From: the human T2T-CHM13v2.0 reference genome, Homo sapiens
Length of the DNA stretch: 64,000 nt
Assembly (NCBI RefSeq): GCF_009914755.1
Contig: NC_060926.1
Direction: 5' to 3' (one strand)
Numbering within the stretch: the first letter of the stretch is position 1; each line of letters opens with the position of its first letter. This document shows, one piece after another, positions 44,999-64,000 of the stretch. A program made the translations under genes and the position numbers. Below the pieces are notes generated by a model that made no database searches, was not told the origin of the DNA, and saw only the letters and a program-made list of their open reading frames with translations.

Positions 44999-45086
44999 TA
45001 GCAATGTAACAACTTTCAGAATAACAGATGTAGAATAGTGAGAAAATTGATTAAAACTATTAAACTAATTTTTAGGTTAATAATTA

Positions 45087-45743
<657 letters not shown>

Positions 45744-46068
45744 TATGTTGCTATATAAATTGGCTATACGGATTTTTCCATCAGTATATCACATTAACGA
45801 AGTTTAATTTATCCTTTCATCATATTTTTAACTCAGTGTGATTAAAAATACATTAATACTACTTATTTTTCCAATTCATTTTTTTTATATTGCAGGGAGA
45901 AATTTCTGAAAGATTTTACCCAAGAAGGAGAGTTCTTAAATAAGTAGTTAAGAGTGGTTAAATAAGCCAACTTAAAGAAGTAGAATGTGAACTAGTTTTA
46001 TTTTTAAAGTTTGTTTTACCTGATCAAGAACTTTCAACTTATAACTTAGTTAAAATATTAAAACGTTA

Positions 46069-46377
<309 letters not shown>

Positions 46378-46490
46378 TTAAGGAGGGAGAAACATTAAGG
46401 TATGAATAACAATATAAAGACAGTCTGTATCACATATTTTTCAGAGCTAAAAATAAACAAATGTAAGACATTATTCAATGGTGGGCATGC

Positions 46491-46898
46491 TTATGCAAAC
46501 CTAAACCCAAAGTCTGAGGAGGCGGAGAGGCTGAAGAAAGAGGCTGAAATACCTGGTGTCTCAAAAAGAAATGTTTAATAGGGGCTTACCAACAGAACGA
46601 TATAGTCTTAGGTGGCGGCAAGACCACATGGTGAATCCTGGCACCATTACCCCCCCAGATCCAGGGCATACGTATCACAGGGAAAGGGTGTATGCGATTC
46701 AGAGGGGATGTGTAGACAACTGAAGTATGATAACATCAAGGCTATTTTGACCCAAGGGTGGAATACACCGTAAATACATGCTCTTACCTAAAGAACAGTA
46801 GATAAACTGGAAAGCTTAGAGGCCTTCCCAGAACTGGGGCTAATCAGAAGATAACATGGCAGATGAGCATCCAAGATGGAGTTACTTTTGCCTCCACG
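46491..46898 (-). mobile_element. Solo LTR (LTR47A-like)
   Basis: Reverse strand starts GTGGAGGCAAAAGTAACTCCATCTTGGATGC...CTTCTGATTAGCCCCAGTTCTGGGAAGGCCTCTAAG. Confidence 0.75.
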
Positions 46899-49852
46899 GA
46901 TGTACTAAATTGAACCGAGTGTATATGCAAGTAAAGGTTAACTGCATTCTGTTGTAGTCTGGTCTTGAATGCAGAGAGGATTCTTGTATTGAAGCAAACA
47001 TGCCTGTTTGGTCATTAATGGATCTAGCGTGTAGAATATCCAGCACTGGCTGAGATCATAGCATGATATTATTTTAATTAGTATGATGTGCTTGATCATG
47101 TTCAAAGTTCAAATAAGGTCACATCTTCCTTTAATAATCAAGTTACTTAATCACTGGGGCGCTACTTGCCCAGATGTGCAGAATTCTGCTTTCTCTCTTG
47201 AGGGCTTCTCCCAAGAACACTAAGAGGTTACAGAGTCCAGCCAGGCCAGTCCTGCTTCCAAATATCTTGCCAAGGGAGCCTGGGAAAGCTGACTAGTTCA
47301 CTGGTAGATTTCGCATTTTCTGAGGCTGTGGCTTTTGTGCATGGGCCCAGGTTTCCACTCTGTTTGGCCACAGTTCCCAAAAGCACATCTTCCTTGTCAG
47401 AGTAAGCCATGCACTCTGCTGGAACCAGCTCTCAATAATCTAGACCTTGATATTGAGCTTAGGAGTCTAGGCCAGTTCACCCTTTTCTTCTTGGCCAGAT
47501 TCTCCTTGCAGACCATCTCAGTCCCATATACAGAATCTGAACCCCAAAAGGGTAGGAATTATAAATCTCTACATTTTCCCCAAAGCTTCTAGTTCCCCAT
47601 GCAAATTTGGCCACATTCTCCCCAAAACATACCACTCCTGCATACCATGGAGTATTGATGGAGCATACTTTGATAGGCCAAAAAACAAAACAACTACAAC
47701 AAACTAAGACAACTTCAAATAAAAATTTAAAAAAAGCAATGCTTTCCTAAACCAAGACAACATTTATTTGCTGCTGCCATCTAGGCTGAGATGTGTTCAA
47801 CATTATTTAAATGACAATCTCTCTAAGTAAATTTAAATTCAGCACTAAGCAATAAAACAATATTCAAAGTACAATAGATTTGAAAATAAGTTTATTTCTC
47901 AATCTCTTCTTGCGTTAACTTTACTTCCTTCCAATCTTGCGGGTAAAGTGTCTTTACTTCTGGATGAGGAAACTCTAAGACCACTGAACAACACATTGAC
48001 AAGGAATAGAGCTACCCCTACAGCTTTGATAAACATGTTTCATTGTACACACAACCAAGAAATAGCTCTTAATATTATATTTCTCCTAATTCAACTTTCT
48101 GTATATTTTTGAAATCCTTATTTAACTTCAAAGGGTCTCTTCTTGGAAGAGAATTATGAATCCAATCTATGTTATCTGACTAAAATACAAGAAATAATAT
48201 AAATTTGTTGCAGATGGGTTACAATTTGATTATGTTCCTCATCCTTAGCAAACCTTGGTAGTTTGTGATCAAATACAGACTTAATACCTCCATCAAGTAA
48301 AATCAAACAAATCCAGAAACCTCTCTAGCATCTTTCTACCAATTTTTAAATGCCAAATTTTTACCTTCTGTGTCTTCATGGTAGGAATTCTTAGATATAT
48401 TTTCTTTAAAAAAAAAAGTCTGGTTTTAATTTTTGTCTTAGTACTCATGCTTGTACTCTTTAATCTTCAGAGCTGAGAATTATTCTCTTCTACACTTTTA
48501 ATTTAAAATCTTATTTATGAGAACAAAGACTTTCTGTTTCCAGTCACTTATGGAGCCTCCTTTGAATTTCAAGAATTAAACATTACTCTAAATGTATGTT
48601 TTTTATTTCTTAGTCAAATCTAGATGTCTCTAGATTTTGTTGTAGTATAAAAGACTGTGAAATACCATGAGTAGTTCTGAATATATATAGTCTCCAGTGA
48701 TTTGTTAAGCAGTTATTTGTTAAGTAATGAACCACTCAAACTTCAAAATTTCTGTAGGGTTTTACAGAAAACCCCTCAGGGTAGAAACTCAGTGGCTGGC
48801 AACTAAATCTATTCTGAACAAGATCTTTCAAAACATTTGAGGAGTTCATTTACAAGATCATAAATATTCTCAGACATTTACTTCAGTTGGATTTTATTTC
48901 CAAGTCAGCACATCGGCAACACTCCACATGGCATAGAGCAAAAAGGATCCTATGTATTAATTAAGACTTTTTGCAAGTGACAGAAAAACACCTCTAGCTA
49001 ATTTAGACCATGAAGGGGATTTATTGGCTCACATAATAAAATGCTCCAAGATATACAGCCTTCAGACAAGATTTGAGCTCATGGTTCAAATGGTCTCATC
49101 AGGAAGGATATCATCTTCTTGTTCTTCCGGGTATCTCACCTCTCTCCATCCCTCCCCAGAAGCTCTAGGGGGCAAAATGGCAGCAGCATTCAAAGACCTC
49201 CCATCTTCACATCACACCTTCTAGGATAACCAGCTCCTTCGGGGGCCTTGGGTATCACCATCTCTTTGACCAAAATCGTGTAACTTGTTGTTTCAGGAAA
49301 ATTCTCCTCAAAGAGTGTTTTGATGCCTACATACCAAGCAGCAGGCACCAGCTGGGTGTCCTCCAATTCCATTCTGACACTATCTACCAGGAGATAGTGT
49401 CAGATCCCAGAGGCTGTGGGCTCAGTCCCTAAGACTGTCCCCCTCTTCAGCCACCAGTTGCAAGTCTGGGCATCCAGAAGTTCCGGCTGACTGGCTTCCA
49501 GTTGGGGTTCCTAAGACCCCTCTTTGGGTTCAATTAATTTTCTGGACAGCAGCTTGTGGAACTCAGGGAAACACCTGCATTTACTGGTTTATTAAGAAGG
49601 ACATTACAAAAGATACAAATGAAGGGATGTGTAGGGTGAAGTCTGGGGCAAACGGTGTGGAGCTTCCATGCCCTCCCTGTGCCTTCCACCCTCCAGGAAC
49701 CTCCATGTGTTCAGCTATCTGGAAGCTCTCTGAACCTGTCTTTTTTTTTTTTTTTTGAATGGAGGCTTCATTAGATAAGCATGATTGACCTCTCTGTGTA
49801 GCGTTCCTTCCTCTAGGATGTGGGGCAGGACCCTCTCTGGAATGAGGGGCTT

Positions 49853-50019
49853 TATTTTTATTTTTATTTTTATTTTTTATTTTTTTAATGTATTTTATTT
49901 TATTTTATTCTATTTTATTTTATTTTTTTGAGATGGAGTCTTGCTCTGCTGCCCAAGCTGGAGTATAGTGGCACAATCTCACCTCACTGCAACCTCCGCC
50001 TCCCAGGTTCACGCCATTC
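49853..50019 (-). mobile_element. Heavily 5'-truncated Alu with long (TTTTA)n tail
   Basis: Only the last ~90 bp of the right arm; flanking GAGGGGCTTT repeats. Confidence 0.88.
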
Positions 50020-50210
50020 AAGGAGGGGCTTTTGACCCACAATGAGTTTAGAGTTTTGTCTTGGGCAGGTGAAAAGAGAATAGGAGAGGGTTAGAGAGAG
50101 AGATTCTATTTCTTAAGACCTGCTTCTGAGGCTTAAAGTGCCCTGACATTATAACAAAAGACTGCAGCAAGGGCTATGAGAGTTATGAGCCAGGAGCCAT
50201 GGACAAAAAC

Positions 50211-50214
<4 letters not shown>

Positions 50215-50268
<54 letters not shown>
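50215..50268. repeat. (TA)n microsatellite
   Basis: Pure TA run. Confidence 0.95.
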
Positions 50269-50269
<1 letters not shown>

Positions 50270-50764
50270 CAGAATATCACACTTGTCTATCCCTGAGCCA
50301 ATCTCTGTGGCCAAGGGGATGGAACATGTTGATAAATCTTAGATCTAGCACCCCAACCCCCTTCTCAGAAGTGAGGTTGATTCCTTAGGCAGAGGTGGAG
50401 TGCTTGCTGTACCCTAATGGCAGGAGATGGGGTCATAGTTGGATGGATGGTGATGGGGCATGACACCCTTCCTCTCCATACTCTTTTCTTTCCCATTGAA
50501 TTTTAGTGGAAGACATTGGGATATAGAAAATAGGTTTCTAGATGTTGACAACCTACTTGACTGCTTTTAGATTTATGTCCTCCAGAGTAGCCTGTTGTCT
50601 CTGGCCATTTCTGCAGGGCAAAACATATGTTTCTACACCTTTGTTGATGTAATTCATTCAGCCATCATTTCACTATTTTGTTCATTCATTTGTTCATTTA
50701 ATATATATTTACGTGCCCAGTTCTGTGCTTTTTTTCCCATATCTTCTCTTAAGACTGAGTTATA

Positions 50765-51115
<351 letters not shown>

Positions 51116-51724
51116 TCAGAGGTAATGGGAGTAGAGGGGACGATGTTTGAGTAATTTTCCTTGCTGATACACAGGTCTGCCAAGAGCTTTTCTTTATAGG
51201 CATATGACTAACTCCACCCACTCTCACCTAGAAATGCCTGGGAGTTTTCCAGGTAGTTAATTAGCTATTCACAGATAATCCTTGGGAAGCTCCAATTTTC
51301 AAACAAAGTATCTTTTAATGGCACTTTTAAATTATCTCCTTAGATAACAAATGTAATCACTGCCATTTATTGAATGCCTACTAGGCACTAAGTTATTCAT
51401 TTTACTTACATTAGGTTATTAATTCTTTACACAAACCACTAAGGTAAGAATTATGATTTTACCATTATAAAATGAAGGCATAGAAAGGCCAAGTGAATTT
51501 CTCAAGGTGGAAAGCAACAGAACCAGGGTGTAAACCTAGGTCTGTCCAATGCCAAAACCAGTGCTTATTCCACGGGCCTCTCTCTCCCATGGTACACTGC
51601 AGCATTACTAAATATCAAACCTTATTTTCATTATTAGGTCACAATGAAACCCAGCTATCCTAACAGTGTCTATTAAATTCAATTTAGTAAGTAATTCTGA
51701 AACTAAGACTTAGATTTGGAATGG

Positions 51725-52032
<308 letters not shown>

Positions 52033-52082
52033 CTATGCTAATAGAACTACATTTTTACTGGGAACTAGTAGTAGAATTTAGG

Positions 52083-52383
52083 TTTTCTTTTTTTTTTGAG
52101 ACAGGGTCTCACTCTGCCACCCAGGCTGAAGTTCAGAGGCACAATCTTAGCTCACTACAACTTCTACCTCGCAGGCTCAAGCTCAAGCTCCAACCTCAGC
52201 CTCCCGAGTAGCAGGAACCACAGGCACAGGCCACCAGGCCTGGCTAATATTTTTTGTATTTTTCGTAGAGACGGGGTTTTACCATGTTGCCCAGGCTGGT
52301 CTTAAACCTCTGGGCTCGAGTGATTCATCCACCTTGGCCTCCCGAAGTGCTGGGATTACAGGGGTGAGTGACCGCACCCATCC
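52083..52383 (-). mobile_element. Alu (AluJ-like)
   Basis: Reverse dimer. Confidence 0.9.
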
Positions 52384-52956
52384 GAATTCAGTATTTCTAA
52401 CTCCCAACTTGTTCTTTTCTGAATCCCTAAAAAGAAACTAAGACACAGACCCTTCCTGAACTTAGAGTCTAGTTGGATTACAGGTCTTACAGAAACAACG
52501 CTGCTCTTAATTGTCAAAGCGAACTGTACAAATGTAGTTGAATGTCAAATGGAATATTAACAACAGTAAAAACTGCCGGAGGAACTTTAGTGTGCATTCC
52601 TTCTGCTGTTTCATTTTGTTTTCACAATTTTGGGGAAAGCTTCTTTTGCCTTTTCCCATTGTTCCACCTGGAGGAACTTCCATTAGAATAATGCATTTAT
52701 CTTAGAAGTGAGTTACTTAATGGTGATAGTGAGGATTCCACACCTAGTGGTGCATGTTCCTTGATTGTGTAAAATTAATTTACTTAAAAGCTGCAAGGCT
52801 GCATTCATCAGAGATTCATTCTCTTTCCTCTCTACCAGACCAGTGCAAGGCAGTGATTCCAGATAGGTGCACCTGCCAAGGTGCTCTGTCCTACAGTTCA
52901 CACTGCGTGAGATGGGCTGGAATGTTAGCCAGCCCTGCCTTTGGCTACAGGTGTAA

Positions 52957-53383
<427 letters not shown>

Positions 53384-53459
53384 TTCCTCCTTTCTTATCT
53401 CTGACTTCTCTCTCACTCCTGCTACCTGGGATCACCACCGATTAAACTATACCTGCAAT

Positions 53460-53724
53460 TGAGAGGCCAAGGCTGCTGGATGGCTTGACCCCAGGAGTTC
53501 AAGACCAGTCTGGGCAACATGGCAAAACCCCATCTCTACAAAAAAGTACAAACATTAGCTGGGCATGGTGCATGCGCCTGTAGTCCCAGCTGCTCGGGAG
53601 GCTGAGGTGGGAAGATCATCTGACCCTGGGGAGGTCGAGGCTGCAGCGAGCCAAGATCGCACCTCTGCACTCCAGCCTGGGCAACAGAATGAGACCCTGT
53701 CTTAAAAAATAAATAAATAAATAA
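53460..53724 (+). mobile_element. 5'-truncated Alu (AluJ-like)
   Basis: Starts at GAGAGGCCAAGG; (AAAT)n tail. Confidence 0.92.
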
Positions 53725-54254
53725 ATTATCTGCACTCAAATCCTGGCTCTGCTTTTGCAGAGACCCAAACTAAGTCAATGGCAAAAGAAGATGGGATATG
53801 TACCTATTTGGAAATTAATAAAAAAGAAAAGAAAAAAAGAATCTATCCAGGTGGAGCAGACTGCTCCCTTGAGATAGACACTCCCATCCCAGCCTATCTC
53901 AGCACACACAGCAGTCTTCCTCCTTGTCATTGCCCTTGTTTAGGTCTAGCTGTCATCACCTAGGGTAAAAATAAAGCCCCTTCTTCCTCAAAACCATGCC
54001 TGTGAATCCTCGCCTTTTCTCACAGCCTGGGCTTATTATCCAGCTTCATTCTTAATTTGCGCTGTTCACTAGAATCAAGCAACTAGTTCAAGTTTAAAAC
54101 AGTCTCTTATAACTGTGAGCAAACGTCAAGATCTTACTTGAGCTGAGTTATGAATACAGTGTCAAGTTCCTCTGTTGGCTTATCCTGACTTCAAACTGTT
54201 AAAGAGTATTTTCTGGCACTTACTGCTATCCTTTCCCCATTTTAGACAATAGGC

Positions 54255-54545
54255 TTTTTCTTTTTCTTTTTTTTTGAGGTGGAGTCTTGCCCTGTCACCC
54301 AGGCTGGAGATCTTTGCTCACTGCAACCTCCACCTCGCAGGTTTGAGTGATCCTCCCACCTTAGCCTCCTGAGTAGCTGGGATTACAGGCACTCGCCACC
54401 ATGTCTAACTAATTTTTGCATTTTCAGTAGAGACGAGGTTTCGCCATGCTGGCCAGGCTGGTCTCGAACTCCTGACCTCAGGTGATCCACCTGCCTCGAT
54501 CTCCCGAAGTGCTGGGATTATAGGCATGAGCCACCACGTCTGGCC
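54255..54545 (-). mobile_element. Alu
   Basis: Reverse dimer; flanking GGCTTTTTCTTT. Confidence 0.93.
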
Positions 54546-54653
54546 ATGGCTTTTTCTTTTAGATCCTAACCCTTAAGTTTTCCCTAGACCACTCTTCCTC
54601 TTCATTCTTTAGTTTGGGTTATTGCCATTGGGTACCTTTTAGGGTTTTTGTAG

Positions 54654-54655
<2 letters not shown>

Positions 54656-54703
<48 letters not shown>
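54656..54703. repeat. (CA)n microsatellite
   Basis: Pure CA run. Confidence 0.95.
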
Positions 54704-54707
<4 letters not shown>

Positions 54708-54711
54708 AGAT

Positions 54712-54894
54712 AATCATGCATCATTTAATGGTAGGGATAAGCTCTGAGAAAGGCATCATTAGGTGATTTTATAGTTGTGCAAACATCATAGCATGTACTT
54801 ACACAGACCTTAGTGTTATAGCCTACTGTGCACCTGTGCACAGGATATATGGTGTAACCTATTGCTGCTAGGCTACAACCCCGTATAGCATGTT
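54712..54894 (+). mobile_element. Tigger3/MER47-type fragment
   Basis: CTCTGAGAAAGGCATCATTAGGTGATTT, AACATCATAG, CTATTGCTGCTAGGCTACAA. Confidence 0.8.
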
Positions 54895-54919
54895 AAAAAC
54901 ACAGATCCCAAACCATATC

Positions 54920-55230
54920 AGATGGGCTGCCACACAGGTGCAAAAGGCCCCATTTCACAGAGAGCCCTGAAGCTGGATGGCTCTTCAGAGTTGTCCCAAT
55001 GCTCGGCCTTGATGAGCTCCTGACAGACCAGTCGTTGGATGCAGGCTGCTCTGGAAAGAGATGGTGACCTTGGGTGTGGCGGGTTGACTCAGTCCAGGTA
55101 ATTCCTAAAGAGGGCTGACAGCTGAGAGCTGTTGGCTTCCAACATTCCCAGCAGCTGAGGAAATAAATCCTTCATCCCCGAAGGAGGGAGTAGGAATCTG
55201 GGAAGCGTGGCACCTGGAAGTCTACACTCT
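54920..55230 (-). mobile_element. Old ERVL-type LTR remnant
   Basis: GCTGGATGGCTCTTCAGAGTTGTCCCAA, ACCAGTCGTTGGATGCAGGCTG, GAGGGCTGACAGCTGA. Confidence 0.55.
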
Positions 55231-55313
55231 TCCACTCCTAAGTCTCTACCAATCACTAAATCCTCACCCTAATCTCTGCCTAGAGATCTTCAGGTTAAAA
55301 ATCAGAGATCTAG

Positions 55314-55694
<381 letters not shown>

Positions 55695-56177
55695 TAAGAA
55701 AAGCCCTTTTTTTAAATGATGTCTGATGTTCAGACATCAACCCTTTTATTTGTAAATTAACGTCTATGTTCCAAAACACATTTCCGATGCCCTAAGCATT
55801 CTTTTCCAGATGCACCAAACTTTGTGAAATCTGTAGGAAATGAAAACTTGATTTCAAAAATAAACCTTGAAGCAATTTGAAAATAAAGAGGACATTCCAT
55901 TTGAACCAATGCTAAGAGTTAAGCAGACCCACAGGTGCTGTGAACAAAAGTTCTTCAGAGTTCTTCAGAATTCGAAAAGATTGTAATAACAGATATCCTA
56001 GAGTGTGTGGCAGAATTTTAAAGTAGCTTAAGGAATACTCAGCAGGCTTCCAGCTAAAAGCTTATATGTTCTTTTTTCCCCTGAATTTAGAGTACATTCT
56101 AGGACCATTCAGACTTTATGAATTGATGTGAAGTCAGGGATGCAAGCCCACCTGAGGGTATGAACAACTCAATGTTA

Positions 56178-56488
<311 letters not shown>

Positions 56489-56496
56489 GTCACTGA

Positions 56497-56900
56497 CTGT
56501 TAGGGGTGGGCTGTGTTCTGCCTCCCCTCCACAAAAGATATGTTGGAGTCATAATCCCTTGTACCTCAGGATGTGACCTTATTGGGAGATACAGTTTTTA
56601 CAGAGGTAATCAGGTTAAGATGAAGTCACTAGTGTGAAACCTAATCCAGTATCACTGGTGTCCTTATAGAATAGAGGAATTTGGACACAGAGTCACCATC
56701 TACAAGCCAAGAAACCCCTGAGGGTATTAGAAGCTGGGAGAGAGGATGCGAAACAGATTCTGTCTTATATTCCCCAAAAGGAACCAATCCTGCTGCCACC
56801 TTGATTTCAAACTTGTAGCCTCCAGAACTGAGACAATATATTTCTACTGTTTAAGCCACCCAGCTGGTGATACTTGACTACAGCAGTCCCAGGAAACACA
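56497..56900 (+). mobile_element. MaLR LTR (MLT1B-like)
   Basis: ATGTGACCTTATTGGGAGATA, CCTAATCCAGTATCACTGGTGTCCTTATA, TAGCCTCCAGAACTGAGACAAT. Confidence 0.85.
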
Positions 56901-57734
56901 TAAGGCGACTCTGACAGCACCTTTCCTGTTCAGCCTTCCATTTCATATCCATACCGTCATCTTCCACGAAGGTAGCTCAGGAGTTGATGAACAAGACTCA
57001 ATCCTGGTTTGATCACTTGGTTAAGTTACTTTGTTTCTTCAAGCCTGAAATAAGAACATGAATAATACCTACTATGGAGACCTTTTGAGTATTCACTGTG
57101 CTAATATAGATAAGATCCTTTCTAGGTGCCTATAAATTCAAGAGGGTCACATAAGACCCATTGGCTACTTGCCAACAAATGCTCATGGTCTAATGGTGGG
57201 TAGTCTGATCCTTGTAATTTGTATAGTTCTTAGAGATTCAAGCTCAGCACCACATCTTCTGTCCACCAGTGTCTATTATAAATATTGCTGTTATTTTCTC
57301 TTATCGACTCCCAATGACCAAAGCCGCTAAGTCTCCTGAAGCAAAACAATCAATTATCTTTATGTATTGAGGAAGCAGTAAACCAGAAAGATGACAACCT
57401 TAGAGCCAGAACTCAGCCTTTCTTGACAAGTCATTGTGGATCAATCTGGGGACATTGTATATTAATTAGCAGCATTGGGCCGGCTCAACGAGTCACCCAG
57501 CCAGAGACCAGCTTCCAGCCCCTTTTGACCCAGATAGGCACACAGGGCTTTATTATTTTAAAGGTATTTTTTTAAACCAGATAATCATGCTTGGTTTATG
57601 TGGTGCAGGCACTTTAAAATCATACCTAAACATTACAAAACCAAATACAGATGGTCTTTGGACTGTTGATTAGATTTGAGTATTCGAATGTTTTTCTTGC
57701 TTTGTCAGTGATAACTAGAAGCTGATTAAACCAC

Positions 57735-58785
<1,051 letters not shown>

Positions 58786-59470
58786 GCTGATTACATAATC
58801 ATTTTGTTCTTTTCAAAGTGAAACCAGAGGCTTTCCAAACTGCTCACAATGATTATCTCATTTCATCTTCACACGTGTCACGAGGTAAGGATTATTGTCT
58901 CCACGTGACAACTAAGAAAACTAAGGTTCAGTGAAGGGCTCATGGCCAAGTAGCTACTCACTGAGCTGGGATTGTGCTTGAGTCTACCTTTCTCTAACAC
59001 TAAGTGGTCAATACATGGATTTCTCTGTCTATGATCTTCCGAGACAGCCCAGACGTATATGTGTGTATCCATTCCTTCTTTACAGCAGCAGATCCAGGTT
59101 AGTGGGGAGGAAGAATACTCTGGGCTCCATAAGGAGAATTTCCTGATTCTGAGGGGAAATTGAACAGAGTTTTCTCAAGGAGTCCAGGTGATTCTTTATA
59201 AATATAAGGTTTGCCTTGAAAGTGCCACTGTAATGCCTCATGTATTTTATGACCTCAGTTATCTGGAAGACAGCCAAGGATCCAGCACGAGCAAAAATCA
59301 CCTGCTGACAACATAGGAGAGCTGAAAATAATAAAGTTATGCAAAGGTATCAAGGTTAGCTATTCCGTTGGGGGCTGCAGTCTCTGCATACTTTTACAAC
59401 GCCTTTTCTCATTGCCATTCCCTGTCTGCAGCTTTAGTAGAGAGAAGCTGGAGCAGAGAAAGGAGGTAGC

Positions 59471-59775
<305 letters not shown>

Positions 59776-59828
59776 GACTGGAGGCAGTTTTTCAAGAGAA
59801 TTGCAAGTGACTGTAAAGAAGTGAATCT

Positions 59829-60395
59829 GGCCAGGTACAGTAGCTCATGTCTATAATCCCCACATTTTGGAAGGCCAAAGCAGAAGAATTGCTTGAGCTC
59901 AGGAGTTCAAGACTGGCCTGGGAAACAGTGAGACCCTTCCTCTACAAAAAATAAAAGATAAAAAATTAGCCAGGTACAGTGGCTTATGCCTGTAATCCTA
60001 GCACTTTGGGAGGTCATGGTGGGAGGACTGCTTGAGCTCAGTAGTTCAAGACCAGGTGGGCAACGTAACATAAAAAAAAATAACAATAAAAAAAATAAAA
60101 CGTGGGCATGGTGGCGCATGCCTGTGGTCCCAGCTACTAAGTCTAAGGTAGGAGGATCATGAGCCCAAAATGTCGGGGCTTCAGTGAGCCATGATAGAGC
60201 CATTGTGCTCCAGCTTGAGCAACAGAGCACGACACTGTTTTAAAAAAAAATTAGCCAGGCACAGTGGCTCATGAGGCTGAGTCAGGAGGATTGCTTGAGT
60301 CCTGGAGATTGAGGCTGCAGTAAGCTATAATTGTGCCTTTGTACTTAGCCTGGGCAACAGAGTAAGACTCTCTTCTAGAAAAATAATAATTATAA
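59829..60395 (+). mobile_element. Nested AluJ-like elements (one Alu inserted in the A-rich linker of another)
   Basis: Order: left arm, complete dimer 59968-60250, right arm; AAAAATTAGCCAGG on both sides of the inner copy. Confidence 0.82.
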
Positions 60396-60410
60396 TTTTT
60401 TTTTCAAGAA

Positions 60411-61900
<1,490 letters not shown>

Positions 61901-61929
61901 GCTTCCTGCTTAGAAAATTATTCCATCTC

Positions 61930-62320
<391 letters not shown>

Positions 62321-62461
62321 TTAAGATGCCAGGGTTGAAGAGAAAAGACAAATAGATTGAGACTGAAAGTCAGAGCTTGTTAGACAGACATTGGAGACAT
62401 CAAAAGGGCATTAATGACAATGAGCCTGGATTATTCAGTGCGACCACTCATCCCGGAAGCT

Positions 62462-63345
<884 letters not shown>

Positions 63346-64000
63346 TTATTAATATAGAAATCAGAATAGCCAACACATCTATAGAAAAAATGTGAATACA
63401 GATGTTCTGTGATCATGTGACATGGATGTGCTTCCTTCCATCCAAATCATCTCACCCAGTGACTCTCTGGGCATGTAGTACAGTAAGGGAGTGGTAGTCT
63501 CAAACTACTTCAACTGTGGTCCACTTACATGGAGCATACCTACTCCCCATTCCATTCACATATTAAAAAAAAAAAAGGGGTTTCCAAATTTATTTTGTTT
63601 TACATATTTAATTACTAAGCAAAACATGAATACATTCTTGTTTGAAACATTATAGATAAAGGAGAAAGTCCCCTGACTTTTACTTGACCATTCCCTTCCA
63701 GAGGTCACTCTGCATCCAGCTAGTATCCTTTAAAACCCTGTAACTCAGTGAAGGAGCATATAGGCATGTAGAGGTTTGTGTCACACGGTGGCTGTGCAGG
63801 TGACAGTGAGTGTGATTATGTAGGTTCTGCCCACATATACAGCAAGAGTAAAGTTGAATTAAAATGTCCCAGCCACAAAAAACACTTCCTGTCTTACTCC
63901 ATCATCCAACCCCAGAGATACCTGAAACCGAACTCTCTTTTAAATCCCTTCTATGTATTCAGAAATCCTCTCTAAAAGGCTGCTATTTAAAACTTTCTTG

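Larger units (their letters stand above)
49287..50282 (-). mobile_element. ERV LTR (MER21/MER4 group) within an older MLT1 remnant (~48950-50460)
   Basis: CTGACACTATCTACCAGGAGATAGTGTCAGATCCC, TCAGCTATCTGGAAGCTC, ATTATAACAAAAGACTG...AATATCACA. Confidence 0.8.

Noticed and set aside
47770-47790. CTCF-like CTAGATGGCAGC on the minus strand
   Set aside because: The upstream CCA of the core motif is not matched; too weak without ChIP data
49374-49403. 12-bp palindrome CTGACACTATCT...AGATAGTGTCAG
   Set aside because: A standard feature of MER21/MER4-group LTRs as I recall them, so not locus-specific

Overview
Primate genomic DNA, almost certainly human because it carries an SVA with SVA_F-type diagnostic motifs. 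It is intergenic or deep intronic: I can support no protein-coding exon, tRNA, rRNA or promoter CpG island. All ORFs in the track are Alu-, SVA-, LTR- or L1-derived, or short and unrecognisable. The window is dominated by transposable elements: about 43 Alus (many with readable target-site duplications, TSDs), one ~2.25 kb SVA nested in an Alu tail, MaLR/ERV solo LTRs, old L1M/L2/L3/MIR fragments and DNA-transposon MITEs (MADE1, MER1B, MER2, Tigger3/4, MER103). I found no evidence of a new multi-gene system. The main oddities are: (i) the SVA is 3'-truncated exactly downstream of an ATTAAA signal in SINE-R and also lacks part of its Alu-like domain; (ii) a ~95 bp + Alu-start inverted duplication 10.5 kb away from its source (13699-13793 vs 24259-24353), fused to a monomeric chimeric Alu; (iii) a 46-bp-arm inverted repeat with a template-switch-like spacer at 23576-23700; (iv) an intact MADE1 hairpin of the miR-548 type. 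Repeat subfamily names come from remembered consensus motifs, and boundaries are approximate unless TSDs are cited.
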